Made by a program: the position numbers and the translations under genes. From Cetorhinus maximus (taxonomy: Eukaryota), in contig NC_135898.1 in NCBI RefSeq assembly GCF_964194155.1, positions 51,026,001 through 51,090,000 on the forward strand: 64,000 bases of DNA, written 5' to 3'. This document shows, one piece after another, positions 36,805 through 50,400 of this stretch. The notes under the pieces were generated by a model. It was not told the origin of the DNA and made no database searches. It worked only from the letters and a program-made list of their open reading frames with translations. Position 1 is the stretch's first letter. Every line of letters starts with the position of its first letter.

Positions 36805-38465
36805 GGAGTGGGGGAGAGTGGATTTTAGTAAAATAAGGCAGGATCTGGCCAAGGTGGACTAGGAACAGTTACTTGTGGGGAAATCTACAGAGGAACAGTG
36901 GGGGTGTTCAAAAAGGAAATGGGGAGGGTAGAGGCTCAACATGTTCCCCCTAGGGTGATAGGAAGGAGTAACAAGCCCAGAGAACCATGGATGACCAGAG
37001 ATATTCAGGTTACGATGAGAAGGATAAGAGAGGCTTTTAGCAGGTACAAGGGAAGCAAATCAGCAGAGGCATTAGTGGAGTTCAGACATTGCAGGGTGGA
37101 GCTTAAGAAAGCAATTAGGAGAGCAAAGAGGGGATATGAGAAAGCTCTGGTTGGTAAAAGTAGGGAAAATCCCAAGATATTCTATAAGTATATCAATGGA
37201 AAGAGGATAACCAGGGAAAGAGTAGGGTCCATAAGGGACCAAGGGGGCAATTTATGGGTGGAGCCAGAGGACATCGCTAGAGTGTTGAATGAATACTTCA
37301 CGTCTGTCTTCACCCAAGAGAATGAGGATGAAGGTATCGAACTTGTGGAGAGAGACTGCAAGGTTCCTAAGCAAATTGATATAGGAAGTGACAAGGTATT
37401 GGAGGTGTTGGCAGGCTTAAAAGTGGACAAATCTCCAGGTCTGGATGATTTGTGTCCCAGACTGCTGAGTGAGGCAAGGGAGGAGATCGCAGGGGCTCTG
37501 ACCCGAATTTTTAATTCCTCTCTGACCATGGGGGAGGTGCCAGAGGACTGGAGAACAGCTAACGTGGTTCTGCAATATAAGAAGGGTTGTAGAGATAAGC
37601 CAGGGAACTACATGCCAGTGAGTCTCACGTCAGTGGTAGGGAATCTATTGGAGAAATTTCTGAAGGAGAGGCAAGGTTTGATCAGGGATAGTCAACATGG
37701 CTTTGTCAGAGGGAGGTCATGCCTAACAAATTTGATTGAATTTTTTGAGGTGGCCAGGTGTGTAAATGAGGATAGTGCAGTTGATGTAGTTTATATGGAT
37801 TTCAGCAAAGCCTTTGAGAAGGTCCCACATGGGAGACTTATAAAGAAGGCAAAGGCACATGGGATACAGAGTAATTTGATAAGGTGGATTCAAAATTGGC
37901 TTAGTTGTAGGAGGCGGAGGGTGATGACAGAAGGATGCTTTAGTGACTGGAAGCCAGTGTCCAGTGGCCTACCACAGGGATCTGTGCTCGGTCCCCTATT
38001 ATTTGTCATTTATATAAACAACATAGATGACTATGTGGGGGGTAGGATTAGTAATTTTGTGGATGACACAAAGATTGGCTGGGTGGTTAACAGTGAGGTT
38101 GAGTGTCTTGGGCTACAGGAAGATATAGACGGATGGTCAAATGGGCAGATAAGTGGCAGATGGAATTTAACCCTGAAAAGTGTGAGGTGATACACTTTTG
38201 AAGGAGTAATTTGACATGGAAGTATTCAATGAACGGCATGACACTAGGAAGTTCTGAGGAACGAAGGGACCTTGGCATGTGTGTCCACAGATCTCCGAAA
38301 GCGGAGGGGCTTGTTAGTTGGGTAGTGAAAAAGGCATATGGGACACTTGCCTTTATCAATCGAGGCATAGGTTACAAAAGTAGGGAGGTCATGTTGGAGT
38401 TGTATAGAACCTTGGTGAGGCAACAGCTGGAATACTGTGTGCAGTTCTGGTCGCCACATTATAGA
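36805..38465 (+). mobile_element. CR1 LINE ORF2 (reverse transcriptase) fragment, relatively young (430-aa open stretch)
   Basis: EPWM, KSPGLD, VPEDWRTANV, PVSLTSVV, SQHGF..RSCLTNL, YMDFSKAF, PQGSVLGP and FVDDTK motifs. Confidence 0.95.
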
Positions 38466-40164
38466 GGCAGTATATAGCATCTCTGGGTAAGACAGGCATA
38501 TTCATTTCTACTGATAGCACTGCTATTCCTGACAGATCGTTTTATATCATGTGATTCAGAACTTGTCTTTTTCCCTCAATTATGCTGATAACATCAGAGA
38601 AGGAAATTGTTGCAATAGGAAAGGCAGTATGTTGCCCTAAAGCATGCATCAATAATAGTTTACAATAAAGCTATGGCCCTGAGAAAAACAATGATAATAA
38701 GTAACAGTATGGTGTGAAAAGACATGGGTCTCTCCTCTCTGTTTGAAATTGTTTTCCCATCAGAACTTATACTTTTTATTGTACTTTCTCTTATCTAAAC
38801 TTTTTTTCAGGGTTAAAACAAGCAAACCGTTACTGCAAAGACAATCAGCAGGAATAGGCTATGCCACCAGTAGAAATCTGTTTGAGCAACTGGATGATCC
38901 TAAAGCATTAGATAATGTTGTTTCCAGCAGGAAGAGGATAATAAAGAAAGTGATATAAAAAGAGATGCTATGTTTTACTTCCTCATTAAAATCCTTGTGG
39001 ATGAGAATCGAAAGTAAAGCTCATGTGCAGGACTCTCAATGAGTGTTTAAGATTAATGCTTTGTCGATAGTAAGTGAAGTAAATTATCAGGCATAATACT
39101 ATCTGTAGCTTTATGAATATGCTCAATAGGTAAAGGACTTATCCAAAAGAAGCTAGGAAGAAGAGCAATGATTCTGGGCAATGACAGGAAAACACGAGAT
39201 TTCCAGCTGCAAGGAGAAATGTGCCTAAAATTACACTTGTGGTCATTAGCCCATGTAAATTAGGTGCTTTCCCAATAATCCCATTAGATACAAGGATTGA
39301 AGCCCATGAACCTTCATGTTGGATCAGAGTACAGGGATCTTCACTTTGAGTCTAACTATACCACATATCTACCCTGACAGTGCTTTATATTAACTCAATG
39401 CTTAACAAGAAAAATGATGCAATCCATTTCTCAACAGTAATAGACATCATTTTGATGAGTATAAAAAATCAATATACCATAAAGAAATGCAAAGGTTAAA
39501 CAAAACTTTACTGCAAGATTAAGGAGAATTGACCCAAAAAGTCAAGGTATGCTTCAATTGCTGCCAGAACTCCAGGGTATTTCTAACGCGCTTTGTTTTT
39601 ATAATAATTTTTTATTTGAGAAGAGGAACTGCCAAAGATTTCTTTTGAGATTATATTTTAACTGCAAGACTGCATCATTTGTTTTCTTTAGATAGCTTGT
39701 ATGGAGTATACCATCTGCAATGCTAATGAAATCTCCCATGTTATTCTTTAATTCAATTTTTTGATATTTTCTTTTAAGAAAGAGAACTAGAATAATTAAA
39801 TAATATTTGATCTGTAAGGCTGTTGTATATTGCAGCTAAATTCCTTATTGCTAAGTTCCGTGTTTAAGATGATTTTACATTGCAACAGTGGTGGTTTCAC
39901 ATCACTAAAGTTGGATATCGATTCAGTCAGGACTCAACTTGACTCTGAAGTAAGGCAAAATGAGACTCCGAGATGAAGGGTTCTCACTCCACTCCAGAGC
40001 TAGATCAGGCTCTTAACTCTACATTTACAATACAACGTTGTCACAGTTGTAATGCAGGAAACGTAGCCACCAAATTACACACAGCCAGGTCCCACTAACA
40101 GCAATGTGATAAGGATCAGGTCATCTGTTTTAGTAATGTTAGTTGAGGGATAAAGAAGGGAAGA

Positions 40165-40800
40165 CTTCCCCTCCCACTGAAAGTTCCTCTCCAGCCCTGA
40201 GCAAATATCTGGAACCCTGGCACCAGGCAGGCAACAAAGACATCAGGATTCACGATCTCAACTGCAGGAACAATATCTATGCCCCTGACTATACTGTCTC
40301 CTATCACTACCACATTCTTCTTCGCTCCCCCCACTCGAATGGCATCCTTCACCATGGTCAGTCTGCTCATTCACCTTGCAGTCCTTCTCTTCATCCACAC
40401 ATCCACATCATACCTGTTGGACAAAGTCAGGGGCTGAGGCTCCTCCATCACTACATGCTGGTTCCCCTTACCTACCTGACTCGCACTCACACCCTCCTGT
40501 CCCTGGCCACTGACCAACTCCAAGGTTCTGTCTAACCTAAGGGGAGTGACTGCCTCCTGGAATAAAGTGCCCAGGAAACTCTCCCCCTCCCTGATGCCCC
40601 ACAATGTCTGCAACACATACTCTAGCTCAGCAGCTCAGAGTCAAGGTCGCCTAATCCACTTCTTGCAGATATGGTTGTCCAGGGTTGCAGTGCGTTCCAG
40701 TTTCCCACATGCTGCAGTCATGGCACACCACCAGCCAATTCTGTCTAACCTTGTTTACTTAATTAGTCAATTAGTTAATAATTTACACAGATAAATTAAT
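40165..40800 (-). mobile_element. CR1 ORF1 fragment
   Basis: NVVVIGDSIVRGID and LQTLWGIREGESFL, homologous to 30281-30900. Confidence 0.8.
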
Positions 40801-40850
40801 AGAAAGTTGCACTCACCTAGCTTGGAGATCAGGAAGGAAACTCATCAATC

Positions 40851-41405
40851 AGGGGCAGGCGGTGGCATAGTGGTATTGTCACTGGACTAGACTGGTAATC
40901 CAGGGACAAAAACAAAAAGTTCTGGAAAAAGTCAGCAGAAGAAGAAGAGTCATACAGACTCGAAAAGTTAACTCTGTCTTTATCTCCACAGATGCTATCA
41001 GACCTGCTGAGTTTTTCCAGCACTTTTTGTTTTTGCTTCAGATTTCCAGCATCCAGTATTTTGCCTTTATCTTGGTAATCTAGAGTCCCAGGTTAATACT
41101 CTGGGGACCCGGGTTCAAATCCCGCGTGGCAGATGGTGGAATTTGAATTTAATAAATATCTGGAATTAAGAGTCTAATGATGACCATGAAACCATTGTCA
41201 GTTGTCGTAAAAACCCATCTGGTTCACTAATGTCCTTTAGGGAAGGAAATCTGCCGTCCTCACCTGGTCCGGCCTACATGTGACTCCAGACCCACAGCAA
41301 TGTGGCTGACTCTTAAAAAAACTGCCCTCTGAACAAGGGCAATAGGGGATGGGCAATAAATGCTGACCAGCAGCGCTCACATCCCAAGATCGAATTTAAA
41401 AAAAA
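40851..41405 (+). mobile_element. Deu-domain tRNA SINE interrupted by a small Penelope-type insertion (about 40904-41071)
   Basis: SINE head is split at duplicated tggtaatc(c/t)ag; body and tail match 23146-23539. Confidence 0.8.
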
Positions 41406-44400
41406 TCACTGGAATCTGAAAAAAAGTAGAAAAAGGAGCACCTCTTTCCCCCTCTATCCCCAATTCCCACCGGAACCAAATTCCCAACTCCTCACTCAAT
41501 CTATGTCTCACTCAGGCATAGCCTGGTGTTCAAGCACCCCTTTCTGTGTGCAGGTTTAAAACATCTCTGTAGTAGAATTCATTTCTACACTCGCCCAAAA
41601 ATCAGGTCTTTGTGAGACCCAGGGTGAGAAATTGGATTTTGTTTTTTGACATGTTGTGCATTATAAGTGCCCTTACAGTACCAAAATACAACACACTTGT
41701 GAAGCAATGCTTGTCAGGTGCCATCTTGGTAAAGACATTAATGCATGCCCAGTTAATGTCTGCTCTAAGTGCGCAGTGCAGACAGATCACAATGTCAATC
41801 AACAGCCAGGGCTGTCATTTTGGAGCTCAATTAAGCAGCCGATGCTGGCTGTTAAGCTAAAAACACATTAAGCAATGGTAAGGAGGCCTCCACCCATGCT
41901 ATTTAAAGGGATCATCAACTGATTGCAGGTCAGTTGCTCATTGATTTCTTCTGGCTGTTACTAAAATTCTATGTAGTTTTGCTTTCTGCAGTTGAATCAA
42001 GTTTCAAAAATTTACAGCGAGTGGCTTGGCATGTGCTGAAGGATATTTTTGCTGACTTCAAGGCCAATTCACAAACGAGTTGCTTCCAAACAAGGGAGTA
42101 GTAGGCCTCCTTCTAGGAATAGAGCATAACTAGGAGAATAAGCAGAGGTCACACAGAGCAGAACAAACTGCCATAAGAGGAAGGAGGGAGAGAAGGACTC
42201 TCAGCAGAAGGCTATATCTACCCAGGGTGTTCAAGGAGCAATTCTCCTACCTGAACCTTAGTGATGAACAGTATTTGTGACATTTGTGCTTCACTAAGGA
42301 CATCTTCATTGAAGTTTGTCAACTTCTGTAGGTACAATTCCAACCTTATAGCAGGGCAAGGACCACAAAGACAATGGTTGTTAATGTGAATGTGGCAATG
42401 AAATTTTATGTGTCTAGTGCCTTCTAGGCTGTTGATGGAAATATTAGCAACATCTCCCAGTTTGTAACTATTATTACATGAGGGAGGTCACTGAGGCTCT
42501 TTATTTAAATGGAGATAACCTCATTGCATTCCCCTTTACCAGTAATAAATACACAGAACAAGCACAAGGGTTTGCAAGGATTGCAGTCTTCTTCATCGTG
42601 AGGATGCCACTGACTGTGCACATATGCATTTCACATGTCAACGCTGCCATGTACTGGAACAGAAAGGGATTCCATTCTCTCAAAGTCAAAATGACAGTGA
42701 CCATAGGCAGCATATCTTGCAGATCAATGCCCACTGTCCTGCTGTATTTATTTTCTAGCATTCCACTGTTCTAGCTGTATTTCAGGCACCACAGCAAACG
42801 AAAGGCTGACTACTGGGTGACAAGGGCTATCCACTGGCTCCTGTTTGTAACCCATACACGGATGCAAAGCATGCATATAACGAGAACTATGCTGTTACAA
42901 GACACAGCATGCCATTGGTGTGCTGAAGCAACGATTCCTCTGCCTGATCTGCTTGAACAGTCCTGCGGTACTCAGTTGAGTAGGTCTCAAAATTTCTGAT
43001 GGTATCTTGCATGCTGTACAACCTTGCCATCATGTGGGACCAGTCTTTGCCACCATAGATTAGGTAAGAAGCTGAGGAACAGGAGCAAGAGGAGGAGGAG
43101 GAAGTGAATTTGGAAGAAGAGGAAAAGGGGAGAGGCTGCAACCTAGACAGCTCCTTTCTTCTCAGGCTGTACATGAAGGGCTAATTCAAGTGCAATACCA
43201 GTAACTTCATCCCCGATTCCCCATTCAAAAACAGGACCATCCTCCTTACCAATTTAATAAATATCTGGAATTAAAAGTCTAATAATGATCATGAAACCAT
43301 TGTCAATTGTCGTAAAAACCCATCTGGTTCACTAATCCTTTAGGGAAGGAAATCTGCCGTCCCCACCTGGTCTGGCCTACATGTGACTCCAGACCCACAG
43401 CAATGTGGCTGACTCTTAAAAAAACTGCCCTCTGAACAAGGGCAATAGGGGATGGGCAATAAATGCTGACCAGCAGCGCTCACATCCCAAGATCGAATTT
43501 TAAAAATATCACTGGAGTCTGAAAAAAAGTAGAAAAAGGAGCACCTCTTTCCCCCTCTATCCCTAATTCCCACCGGAACCAAATTCCCAACTCCTCACTC
43601 AATCTACGTCTCACTCAGGCATAGCCTGTTGTTCATGCACCCCTTTCTGTGTGCAGGTTTAAAACATCTCTGCTTATGTATAGAGAGGCTCTGATGACTC
43701 ACTAGCTAGCTCAGCTTTAACACCTATTGAGGGCAACTACTTAATTACCACTTTCAGCAGCTCCCTGTTTAACTAGGGTATTCAAATAACAATGTTTGAA
43801 AGTAAAAACCTAACTCTTAATCTAAGTTTAAAGTTAAGAAAAGTTTACCAGAAATTCTCACCTGAACCAAATTCCAACTCCTTACTCAATCTACATCTCA
43901 CTGAGGTGTAGTCTGGTGTTCACGTGCCCCTTTCTGCATTGTTGGACCTGGTTCTGGGGAATGAATTGGCCCAAGTGGATCAAATATCAGTGGGAGGAGA
44001 GCTGCTGCACTTCTTCTGAAGTTCTGATGGTGAAAAGGGAGAAGCTTCAAGGAAATACAAAATTATAGTTTATAGAAATTATAATTCTTTAACATTTATT
44101 TTTCCTTAATTTTTATATGTAAAAATAAGGCAATACCTTCCCCATTCCTTTATCATTTATTCAGAAATAATTAGGTGAGGCATTGATAGATACCAACAAT
44201 GGCATCAAGGTAAATGGCAGCTAATGTAGGTCTGATATACCAGTTACGTGGTGATGATTTCAGGGTTGTTAGAAAGTTTACTATAAGCTATAAGAGCTTA
44301 GAATGTAGGTTAAAATCAAGATAAAGCACTGGCATAAAACCCAGAAAGATTCAAAACTATCACAAATGATGGTGCTCAATTGAATATATGAACTAAGTCA

Positions 44401-47400
44401 TATATCCCAGCAGTAAAATCAATCAGGATGGTAACTGCAATCAAATGACAAATAGCAACAGTGAAGCAAATGTTTAACAACATGCCAAACTGCTCTACCA
44501 ACTGGAAACTTAACTTGGTAACAATCAGCAAGATAATGAAATGGTAGGCTTGGTTGACAGGCTTATGTAAATGTGAAAATGTCGGGGTCAGCTGTGAAGT
44601 GACCATTTCCATCAGATGAGAGGCAGGTAGTTTGAGTACACAGCCTGCCAGACTGAATCAATTTGGAAGTCCAAACTATATTCATGGTGGGGCCTCATTA
44701 AAAATCCATCGATGACTTGCTCTGATATTTGGTACAGCTCTTGACACAGGGAGAGTGGGCAATCTGGTTGCTCTTCCACAGTGCTCAGCCAGACCATGTA
44801 GATTAAAGGGGAGAGGGGAGAACCAATGGACGGAGTTTGTCCATCATATGATCTGCCTATAGGTACTTCAAAATTGCACCAGCATCCTATTGACATCATC
44901 GTACTCTGGTTTGCATGAGCTAATGAGGCTTCTGCAAGTTTCTGGCAAAAACCTAAAACCACATTTGTCACAGTGCCATGGTGCTGGGAGCTAAGTCAGA
45001 TGCACAGTTGGCTGGCAAATAGAATTTCCAATGAGCAATCAACTTTTAAACTGTGTTTATTTATACTGATAATTTTTTCCACATTTTATATGGAAGCAAA
45101 GGGCAATGTGGGGACAACTACTCCTTTTCAGAAAAAAAGAACTAGAGGTGCTTGTGCAAAGGAGGATGGTGTAGTTTATATTGGAAGATCACCTACTAAT
45201 GAAAGCAAGATGGATGGATGGATGGAGTTTGGGTAGAGATTAAATAAAATATCACAGATCTGTATGAAATATGCAAAAATTATGATCTGCATATCAAAAT
45301 AACCCTAAATTGGGAGCAAAATACAACTAAGTATCAATGGTTCCATTAAAACACAGCCTGTCAATGGAAAGGATGCCTATAAGAATTCAGTAACAGCTCA
45401 GGTGACTGATTTGTTAATTTGCCAATTTTGTTTGGGTGCTGGGAGCACCAATTGTTGATCACAGAAAAGGTAAATTTCAATGCAGGATCTTATTAACAAA
45501 ATTCTTCGTTTACAAGGTTCATACTAGCTGCCAGCTGAGCCTCTTTCTGCCCCAGCTTTTTCTTGTTGTAAATTGTAGTAGAATTCATCTCTACACTCGC
45601 CCAAAAATCAGGTCTTTGTGAGACCCAGGGTGAGAAATTGGATTTTGTTTTTTGACATGTTGTGCATTATAAGTGCCCTTACAGCACCAAAATACAACAC
45701 ACTTGTGAAGCAAAGCTTGTCAGGTGCCATCTTGGTAAAGACATTAATGCATGCCCAGTTAATGTCTGCTCTAAGTGCGTAGTGCAGACAGATCACAATG
45801 TCAATCAACAGCCAGGGCTGTCATTTTGGAGCTCAATTAAGCAGCCGATGCTGGCTGTTAAGCTAAAAACACATTAAGCAATGGTAAGGAGGCCTCCACC
45901 CATGCTATTTAAAGGGATCATCAACTGATTGCAGGTCAGTTGCTCATTGATTTCTTCTGGCTGTTACTAAAATTCTATGTAGTTTTGCTTTCTGCAGTTG
46001 AATCAAGTTTCAAAAATTTACAGCGAGTGGCTTGGCATGTGCTGAAGGATATTTTTGCTGACTTCAAGGCCAATTCACAAACGAGTTGCTTCCAAACAAG
46101 GGAGTAGTAGGCCTCCTTCTAGGAATAGAGCATAACTAGGAGAATAAGCAGAGGTCACACAGAGCAGAACAAACTGCCATAAGAGGAAGGAGGGAGAGAA
46201 GGACTCTCAGCAGAAGGCTATATCTACCCAGGGTGTTCAAGGAGCAATTCTCCTACCTGAACCTTAGTGATGAACAGTATTTGTGACATTTGTGCTTCAC
46301 TAAGGACATCTTCATTGAAGTTTGTCAACTTCTGTAGGTACAATTCCAACCTTATAGCAGGGCAAGGACCACAAAGACAATGGTTGTTAATGTGAATGTG
46401 GCAATGGACTTTTATGTGTCTAGTGCCTTCTAGGCTGTTGATGGAAATATTAGCAACATCTCCCAGTTTGTAACTATTGTTACATAAGGGAGGTCACTGA
46501 GGCTCTTTATTTAAATGGAGATAACCTCATTGCATTCCCCCTTACCAGTAATAAATACACAGAACAAGCACAAGGGTTTGTAAGGATTGCAGTCTTCTTC
46601 ATCGTGAGGATGCCACTGACTGTGCACATATGCATTTCACATGTCAACGCTGCCATGTACTGGAACAGAAAGGGATTCCATTCTCTCAAAGTCAAAATGA
46701 CAGTGACCATAGGCAGCATATCTTGCAGATCAATGCCCACTGTCCTGCTGTATTTATTTTCTAGCATTCCACTGTTCTAGCTGTATTTCAGGCACCACAG
46801 CAAACGAAAGGCTGACTACTGGGTGACAAGGGCTATCCACTGGCTCCTGTTTGTAACCCATACACGGATGCAAAGCATGCGTATAATGAGAACCATGCTG
46901 TTACAAGACACAGCATGCCATTGGCGTGCTGAAGCAACGATTCCTCTGCCTGATCTGCTTTTACAGTCCTGCGGTACTCAGTTGAGTAGGTCTCAAAATT
47001 TCTGATGGTATCTTGCATGCTGTACAACCTTGCCATCATGTGGGACCAGTCTTTGCCACCATAGATTAGGTAAGAAGCTGAGGAACAGGAGCAAGAGGAG
47101 GAGGAGGAAGTGAATTTGGAAGAAGAGGAAAAGGGGAGAGGCTGCAACCTAGACAGCTCCTTTCTTCTCAGGCTGTACATGAAGGGCTAATTCAAGTGCA
47201 ATACCAGTAACTTCATCCCCGATTCCCCATTCAAAAACAGGACCATCCTCCTTACCAATTTAATAAATATCTGGAATTAAAAGTCTAATAATGATCATGA
47301 AACCATTGTCAATTGTCGTAAAAACCCATCTGGTTCACTAATGTCCTTTAGGGAAGGAAATCTGCCGTCCCCACCTGGTCTGGCCTACATGTGACTCCAG

Positions 47401-50400
47401 ACCCACAGCAATGTGGCTGACTCTTAAAAAAACTGCCCTCTGAACAAGGGCAATAGGGGATGGGCAATAAATGCTGACCAGCAGCGCTCACATCCCAAGA
47501 TCGAATTTTAAAAAAATCACTGGAGTCTGAAAAAAAGTAGAAAAAGGAGCACCTCTTTCCCCCTCTATCCCTAATTCCCACCGGAACCAAATTCCCAACT
47601 CCTCACTCAATCTACGTCTCACTCAGGCATAGCCTGGTGTTCATGCACCTCTTTCTGTGTGCAGGTTTAAAACATCTCTGCTTATGTATAGAGAGGCTCT
47701 GATGACTCACTAGCCAGCTCAGCTTTAACACCTATTGAGGGCAACTACTTAATTACCACTTTCAGCAGCTCCCTGTTTAACTAGGGTATTCAAATAACAA
47801 TGTTTGAAAGTAAAAACCTAACTCTTAATCTAAGTTTAAAGTTAAGAAAAGTTTACCAGAAATTCTCACCTGAACCAAATTCCAACTCTTTACTCAATCT
47901 ACATCCCACTGAGGTGTAGTCTGGTGTTCACGTGCCCCTTTCTGCATTGTTGGACCTGGTTCTGGGGAATGAATTGGCCCAAGTGGATCAAATATCAGTG
48001 GGAGGAGAGCTGCTGCACTTCTTCTGAAGTTCTGATGGTGAAAAGGGAGAAGCTTCAAGGAAATACAAAATTATAGTTTATAGAAATTATAATTCTTTAA
48101 CATTTATTTTTCCTTAATTTTTATATGTAAAAATAAGGCAATACCTTCCCCATTCCTTCATCATTTATTCAGAAATAATTAGGTGAGGCATTGATAGATA
48201 CCAACAATGGCATCAAGGTAAATGGCAGCTAATGTAGGTCTGATATACCAGTTACGTGGTGATGATTTCAGGGTTGTTAGAAAGTTTACTATAAGCTATA
48301 AGAGCTTAGAATATAGGTTAAAATCAAGATAAAGCACTGGCATAAAACCCAGAAAGATTCAAAACTATCACAAATGATGGTGCTCAATTGAATATATGAA
48401 CTAAGTCATATATCCCAGCAGTAAAATCAATCAGGATGGTAACTGCAATCAAATGACAAATAGCAACAGTGAAGCAAATGTTTAACAACATGCCAAACTG
48501 CTCTACCAACTGGAAACTTAACTTGGTAACAATCAGCAAGATAATGAAATGGTAGGCTTGGTTGACAGGCTTATGTAAATGTGAAAATGTCGGGGTCAGC
48601 TGTGAAGTGACCATTTCCATCAGATGAGAGGCAGGTAGTTTGAGTACACAGCCTGCCAGACTGAATCAATTTGGAAGTCCAAACTATATTCATGGTGGGG
48701 CCTCATTAAAAATCCATCGATGACTTGCTCTGATATTTGGTACAGCTCTTGACACAGGGAGAGTGGGCAATCTGGTTGCTCTTCCACAGTGCTCAGCCAG
48801 ACCATGTAGATTAAAGGGGAGAGGGGAGAACCAATGGACGGAGTTTGTCCATCATATGATCTGCCTATAGGTACTTCAAAATTGCACCAGCATCCTATTG
48901 ACATCATCGTACTCTGGTTTGCATGAGCTAATGAGGCTTCTGCAAGTTTCTGGCAAAAACCTAAAACCACATTTGTCACAGTGCCATGGTGCTGGGAGCT
49001 AAGTCAGATGCACAGTTGGCTGGCAAATAGAATTTCCAATGAGCAATCAACTTTTAAACTGTGTTTATTTATACTGATAATTTTTTCCACATTTTATATG
49101 GAAGCAAAGGGCAATGTGGGGACAACTACTCCTTTTCAGAAAAAAAGAACTAGAGGTGCTTGTGCAAAGGAGGATGGTGTAGTTTATATTGGAAGATCAC
49201 CTACTAATGAAAGCAAGATGGATGGATGGATGGAGTTTGGGTAGAGATTAAATAAAATATCACAGATCTGTATGAAATATGCAAAAATTATGATCTGCAT
49301 ATCAAAATAACCCTAAATTGGGAGCAAAATACAACTAAGTATCAATGGTTCCATTAAAACACAGCCTGTCAATGGAAAGGATGCCTATAAGAATTCAGTA
49401 ACAGCTCAGGTGACTGATTTGTTAATTTGCCAATTTTGTTTGGGTGCTGGGAGCACCAATTGTTGATCACAGAAAAGGTAAATTTCAATGCAGGATCTTA
49501 TTAACAAAATTCTTCGTTTACAAGGTTCATACTAGCTGCCAGCTGAGCCTCTTTCTGCCCCAGCTTTTTCTTGTTGTAAATTGTAGTAGAATTCATCTCT
49601 ACACTCGCCCAAAAATCAGGTCTTTGTGAGACCCAGGGTGAGAAATTGGATTTTGTTTTTTGACATGTTGTGCATTATAAGTGCCCTTACAGCACCAAAA
49701 TACAACACACTTGTGAAGCAAAGCTTGTCAGGTGCCATCTTGGTAAAGACATTAATGCATGCCCAGTTAATGTCTGCTCTAAGTGCGTAGTGCAGACAGA
49801 TCACAATGTCAATCAACAGCCAGGGCTGTCATTTTGGAGCTCAATTAAGCAGCCGATGCTGGCTGTTAAGCTAAAAACACATTAAGCAATGGTAAGGAGG
49901 CCTCCACCCATGCTATTTAAAGGGATCATCAACTGATTGCAGGTCAGTTGCTCATTGATTTCTTCTGGCTGTTACTAAAATTCTATGTAGTTTTGCTTTC
50001 TGCAGTTGAATCAAGTTTCAAAAATTTACAGCGAGTGGCTTGGCATGTGCTGAAGGATATTTTTGCTGACTTCAAGGCCAATTCACAAACGAGTTGCTTC
50101 CAAACAAGGGAGTAGTAGGCCTCCTTCTAGGAATAGAGCATAACTAGGAGAATAAGCAGAGGTCACACAGAGCAGAACAAACTGCCATAAGAGGAAGGAG
50201 GGAGAGAAGGACTCTCAGCAGAAGGCTATATCTACCCAGGGTGTTCAAGGAGCAATTCTCCTACCTGAACCTTAGTGATGAACAGTATTTGTGACATTTG
50301 TGCTTCACTAAGGACATCTTCATTGAAGTTTGTCAACTTCTGTAGGTACAATTCCAACCTTATAGCAGGGCAAGGACCACAAAGACAATGGTTGTTAATG

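Noticed and set aside
38811-38958. Strong polypyrimidine/AG acceptor followed by a short open frame (VKTSKPLLQRQ...KKVI*)
   Set aside because: No recognisable homology or partner exons; cannot be supported without RNA-seq.
44376-44971. Two abutting minus-strand ORFs repeated in the tandem units, containing GSPLSPLI
   Set aside because: Recurrence only reflects the duplication. The motif may be a decayed RT remnant, but no other RT motifs or gene structure are visible.
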